A stretch of DNA of 64,000 nucleotides, from the IMG/VR virus record IMGVR_UViG_3300022848_000777, positions 64,001 to 128,000 of that record; one strand, written 5' to 3'. Made by a program: the position numbers and the translations under genes. This stretch comes from a virus. Each line of letters opens with the position of its first letter. Positions within the stretch are counted from its first letter, which is position 1. Shown here in pieces: positions 59,842 to 64,000 of this stretch. The notes below the pieces were generated by a model. It saw nothing but the letters and a program-made list of their open reading frames with translations, had not been told where the DNA came from and made no database searches.

Positions 59842-60942
59842 ATGGCAAAATTCGGTTGGAATACAAAGGGAACTCTAGGAGTTCCAAAATTGAAATCTTT
59901 TAGTGATTTTCTTAAAGATAATGATATAAAAGATATATGGTTACGAATACAAGGTGGTACTATATCTCAAAAAGAATATAACGTAGATTGGAAAGATTCA
60001 GATATTCAAGCATGGGGGGATTTATATAAAGCAAATCCAACAGTTAATCTAGTGTTTGTTATTAATATGAATGAACTTCCTGAGAACATAAAATTACTTT
60101 TTAATAGATTTTTAGCAGTAGGATGTAAGTTTGCTTTTATTGAATTTGGAAATGAGCAGTATCAACATAAATATAGACTTTCTAAAGACAAACCCGAAGT
60201 GACACCCCGTACAAAAGCAATGACTCCTGAAAAGTATTTAAATTTATGCGATCAATACCTTGCACAATTCATTGGATATGATTTAGCGTTTCAACTCGCA
60301 CCAAACAAAGGTACAAACATAGATCAGTTTTACAATAACTGGAATGATGTAGTTCTTAATTACACAAAGAATATGCCTACAGTAAATTATACGATGCACG
60401 TGTATGCAAATGCTGGCTTTCGTTGGGAATTAATTTCTGAAATACAAGAAAAAATTAAAAATAAGTTCTTAGCTATTACTGAATTTGGTGCAGCCGATGC
60501 TGCTGATGGTGAGCAAAATGATCTATCAGAAGAAGAAGTTTTTAAAATGATTCAAGATGTTGCTAATATTCTAAGCGAAGAATTAAGAATTCAAGACATT
60601 GCATTTGATCAAGTACTATGGGTTCCTTGGGAAACTACTGCAATTGCTTTTAAAGATGGACAACTTACACCTAAAGGACAATTAGTTTTAGATGCATTTA
60701 CACCAGAAGTTGTTGATGTAGAGGAACCAGTAGAACCAACTATTATTGTATTAACTTCATATTGGTCAACTTATCAAAGAACTTTTTGGGGTAGATTAAA
60801 AGTATATCAAGAATTAAGCTTTTCAGATGATTCCGTTATCCATAACGTTGTTAAATTTAATAGAAGAAAGGGTAACGGTAAAGTAATAACTAATAAGCAT
60901 TTAGGGAAAACATTTGAAGAAATAGAAAAATTAATATCGTAA
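59842..60942 (+). CDS. clan GH-A-like glycoside hydrolase
   Basis: EFGNE (acid/base), HVY and ITEFG (nucleophile) motifs. Confidence 0.6.
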   Translation: MAKFGWNTKGTLGVPKLKSFSDFLKDNDIKDIWLRIQGGTISQKEYNVDWKDSDIQAWGDLYKANPTVNLVFVINMNELPENIKLLFNRFLAVGCKFAFIEFGNEQYQHKYRLSKDKPEVTPRTKAMTPEKYLNLCDQYLAQFIGYDLAFQLAPNKGTNIDQFYNNWNDVVLNYTKNMPTVNYTMHVYANAGFRWELISEIQEKIKNKFLAITEFGAADAADGEQNDLSEEEVFKMIQDVANILSEELRIQDIAFDQVLWVPWETTAIAFKDGQLTPKGQLVLDAFTPEVVDVEEPVEPTIIVLTSYWSTYQRTFWGRLKVYQELSFSDDSVIHNVVKFNRRKGNGKVITNKHLGKTFEEIEKLIS

Positions 60943-60949
60943 ATAAACC

Positions 60950-61055
60950 TTAACAATTCCTTAACATTAAAAGCTTGGACATCCCAAGCTTTTTTCGTAT
61001 CTTTATTTTGTTGGGTTGGGGAAGTAACCTCACCAATTTAAAATTCAAAGATATG
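60950..61055 (+). repeat. promoter-hairpin module (near-identical to 24566-24671)
   Basis: 106 bp with 6 mismatches. Confidence 0.95.
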
Positions 61056-61220
61056 ACATTTTATTTAGCTAATTATGATGGTAAATCGTACTTGAAGCGT
61101 GGTAAACGTGGGGTTATAACTGAGGTAACTACTGGAAAAGAGTTCACCAGTTTAGGTGAAAATCCAATTTCATATGGAATGGCAATGGCATTTGAAACAG
61201 CAGTAAAACTTAAAATATAA
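61053..61220 (+). CDS. hypothetical protein
   Basis: True start is ATG 61053. Confidence 0.6.
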   Translation: MTFYLANYDGKSYLKRGKRGVITEVTTGKEFTSLGENPISYGMAMAFETAVKLKI

Positions 61221-61224
61221 TATT

Positions 61225-61620
61225 ATGAGAACGATAGTAACTAACAAAATTCAATCAGTGGATACCAGACCACCAAGATTAATTTATTCTTTATTGGAGT
61301 GTGAAACTGTTTTTCGTGAGTATAAGAAAACCGCATGGTATCGATCTGACATCAAAGAGGGGTTTTACAAAGTAGAGATATTTCACAGTGGGCAATCTTA
61401 TTTAGGAATCGAAAATCCGCTCGGGGAAAACGAATCTGTTTATTTTGATAAAATCAAAAGAAAAGTTATGAGAAAACCAACTACTATTGTTACTATGGTA
61501 TCAGGCAAATCTTATACTTTTTCGTTTTTGACGGAAACCGATGCAAAGGATTACTCAGATTTTGTAAAAAAATCCATCTCCAATGGAGATATTACGTTTT
61601 TGGAATTACCTAAAAGATAA
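61225..61620 (+). CDS. hypothetical protein
   Basis: 131-aa ORF. Confidence 0.65.
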   Translation: MRTIVTNKIQSVDTRPPRLIYSLLECETVFREYKKTAWYRSDIKEGFYKVEIFHSGQSYLGIENPLGENESVYFDKIKRKVMRKPTTIVTMVSGKSYTFSFLTETDAKDYSDFVKKSISNGDITFLELPKR

Positions 61621-61626
61621 TGTGTT

Positions 61627-61908
61627 ATGAAAAATCAAACAAATAAAATAGATTTAAGAAACTGTGAGACTGGGGATTTGTTATTTAGCTCATTAGGTGC
61701 TAGATTGGTGTATATTCGACCTACTAATGATGATGAGTACTTAGATCACTTAGTTAAGTATATCAATATTCCAAATGTGAAATGTGGTTATAACTGTTTT
61801 GGAACTAGAACACATGATGGATTCACTTTCGCAAAGAATAGAAAGCCCGAAACTGATCACGATATTATTGAAGTAATTAAAGTAAAGGACTTATTTGGTA
61901 AAAATTAA
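61627..61908 (+). CDS. hypothetical protein
   Basis: 93-aa ORF. Confidence 0.65.
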   Translation: MKNQTNKIDLRNCETGDLLFSSLGARLVYIRPTNDDEYLDHLVKYINIPNVKCGYNCFGTRTHDGFTFAKNRKPETDHDIIEVIKVKDLFGKN

Positions 61909-61913
61909 AATAT

Positions 61914-62441
61914 ATGAAAAAATTAAGAAAATTAAAAGTGGGTATGTTAGTAGCATCAACTAGACCACTTAGGGAATGTGGGGATCGGTATTGCATTGGA
62001 ACTGTTTTTAGTATAACATCCAATTTTATTATGATAGATGATGTTTCATCTGGAGAATCAATATGCCGTAGATTGCCCATAGTTTATACGCGTGTATTGA
62101 AGAAACTCAGTACTAAGAAATTCGCACGACGATTGTGTGATTCTTTGGTTGATAATCAACCGATTGGGGTAGATTTGGGTGAACTTACTGTAATTGAAGA
62201 TGAAATTCCTAAATTACAATCAACTTTAGCGGATTCATTTCAAAAGTATACTGATCGGAATATTGGAGTCTCTATGGACTCAGATAGACTTGGTGATGGT
62301 AGTGGTGGGTGGATTGAGATTAAAAAAGATGATATTACATTTGTCATCAGTTTTGATGGTGATGGTAAAGAAGTGGATGGAATGGCAGTTTTTAAGGATA
62401 CTGTCGAAAGTGTTAGTACTGATGTAGTTTATAAAATGTAA
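61914..62441 (+). CDS. hypothetical protein
   Basis: 175-aa ORF. Confidence 0.6.
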   Translation: MKKLRKLKVGMLVASTRPLRECGDRYCIGTVFSITSNFIMIDDVSSGESICRRLPIVYTRVLKKLSTKKFARRLCDSLVDNQPIGVDLGELTVIEDEIPKLQSTLADSFQKYTDRNIGVSMDSDRLGDGSGGWIEIKKDDITFVISFDGDGKEVDGMAVFKDTVESVSTDVVYKM

Positions 62442-62451
62442 AAATAGCAAA

Positions 62452-62766
62452 ATGAAAAAACGTAAATTAATTGAAGTAGATCAAGAATGTGGTGTTGTTT
62501 GTGATAATCCTGTTTGTGATTTTGAAATCAAAAACGAAACTGGAGACCCGAATGTCGATATAGATATGTATCTAAATGTACCTTGCCCTCGATGTGGTGA
62601 TAACTTACTAACAGAGGGTGATCTATACCGATACAAGAAATTTTTGAGAGTTATTAATTTTATAAACAAATGGTTCAGTTGGTTGGTAATATTCTCAAGT
62701 GGTAAAAATTATAAAGAAGTTAAGGTGTCGGTGCATAATGAAATAAAATTAGAAATCGAGAAGTAA
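62452..62766 (+). CDS. zinc-ribbon protein
   Basis: CDNPVC and CPRCG motifs. Confidence 0.65.
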   Translation: MKKRKLIEVDQECGVVCDNPVCDFEIKNETGDPNVDIDMYLNVPCPRCGDNLLTEGDLYRYKKFLRVINFINKWFSWLVIFSSGKNYKEVKVSVHNEIKLEIEK

Positions 62767-62767
62767 T

Positions 62768-62822
62768 TTAACAATTTATTAACATATCATATTTGGATAT
62801 TACAACTATTGTTCTTATATTG
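62768..62822 (+). promoter_or_regulatory. TTAACA-N5-TTAACA promoter module
   Basis: Tandem hexamer, TTTGG and TATATTG. Confidence 0.8.
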
Positions 62823-62859
62823 TTTATGTAATGATTAATAACCCTCTAAAGATAAATAA

Positions 62860-63117
62860 ATGACCACAGTAAAAGAAATGAGTAAATGGTTAAAACAATT
62901 CCCTGATGAAACTGAGGTTAAAGTTGGGATTCAAACCAATGGTGGGAATTGGGAACCCTTCGGCCCCGTTAGTTTTGAGGATATAAATATCACATCTGAG
63001 GAAAATAACTCAGATGGTACTGGTTGGGAATTTTTTGATTCGACTCAAAATAGGTTCATAAAAAACGACCATCCATTATTTGGTAAAAAAATACTATTCA
63101 TTGGTGAATCTTGTTAA
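62860..63117 (+). CDS. small phage protein (MTTVKEM..WL..FP.E.EV)
   Basis: 85-aa ORF. Confidence 0.65.
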   Translation: MTTVKEMSKWLKQFPDETEVKVGIQTNGGNWEPFGPVSFEDINITSEENNSDGTGWEFFDSTQNRFIKNDHPLFGKKILFIGESC

Positions 63118-63444
63118 ATAAAAAATAAATTAATATGGTAGATCAAAAAGATTTTGAAGCATTAATAATTGTGGTATCATTTGTATGTACAATTATGTAT
63201 GTTATAGCGTCGGCATACTTACTAGGACTTGCTATTAAGTACATTCCACAGTTGGGTGATATTAAGAAAAAAGAAGATGATATTTAAAATATAAATATAT
63301 TATGAAGGGATTAAATTTAATTGATGTAATTGGAACGTGTGGTTTAATCGCAATCACAATGGCATTGATTTATTTCGATAAATCAGGGGCTTGGTTCCCT
63401 ATTGCAATATTAGGAATCGTAACAATTTTTAATAAAGAATAAAT

Positions 63445-63696
63445 ATGAGTCCAATTGCTGTATTTGTATATCGAATGAAGCGAGTTGGTATTGATGTTAA
63501 ACTTATAGGGAATCTCCCTTGGATCTACATCAACGAAATTAATGGAAAGATTGTAACTGAAAAGTATCAAGGTGATCATGGATTTACTTTAGCCCTTGGA
63601 TCAATCAGAGAAGCGGGGAAAACTAAATTCACAAATATATCCAAAATTTTCAATCTAATTAGAAAATATCGTAAGTATGAAAAATGTAAGAGTTAA
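63445..63696 (+). CDS. hypothetical protein (GN.PWIY...HGFT)
   Basis: 83-aa ORF. Confidence 0.65.
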   Translation: MSPIAVFVYRMKRVGIDVKLIGNLPWIYINEINGKIVTEKYQGDHGFTLALGSIREAGKTKFTNISKIFNLIRKYRKYEKCKS

Positions 63697-64000
63697 TGTG
63701 GTAACACAAGCCTATGAAAATTACAATCCAGATCACTCAGATGAATTTCCGAATGATGTGTGGAAACCTAAAGGTTTTCAAACATTCCAAGTTGATTTAG
63801 ATAATGATGATGTGTTATTCACTGGCATTAATGTACTTATAAGTGCAATTAAAGATTCTATCAAAGATAAATCTGATGAGCATTGGAGATATACGTATAT
63901 CAAACATGAAGTTCAGTGGACATCTGCTATAGAACTATCATCTGAGGTAATTACTGAAAAATTACGTGAACATTATGAATTAGAGCGATCCATTGCGAAT

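Overview
AT-rich window with essentially all genes on the + strand, most consistent with a large (jumbo-type) tailed phage of a Bacteroidota host. That call rests on Bacteroidota-type -33/-7 promoters, A-rich initiation regions without Shine-Dalgarno motifs, and the gene content. No capsid, terminase, integrase, tRNA, rRNA or CRISPR is visible. Layout: (1) 1-11.8 kb, glycosylation island with NeuA/NeuB; (2) 11.8-20 kb, probable late/virion-internal genes, including a 1136-aa multidomain protein carrying a CCA-adding enzyme; (3) 20-44 kb, small transcription units, many headed by a repeated promoter module (TTAACA-N5-TTAACA, -33, -7, 5' hairpin), encoding a vWA protein, RtcB, an RNA ligase, HNH, GroEL, ThyA, 2H and HD hydrolases and an 8-member paralog family; (4) 44.2-45.8 kb, gene-free region with six tandem promoters; (5) 45.8-49.4 kb, early genes and a MoxR ATPase; (6) 49.5-57.3 kb, the top finding: an integron-like gene-cassette array. 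Its cassettes are bounded by cassette-specific inverted repeats (GTT.../...AAC) with a conserved G.T mispair and are joined by attC-like hairpins, with no integrase in the window. A roughly 340-nt structured RNA candidate lies inside the array; (7) 57-64 kb, exonuclease, esterase and glycoside hydrolase. All functional calls come from motif recognition by eye, not database searches.
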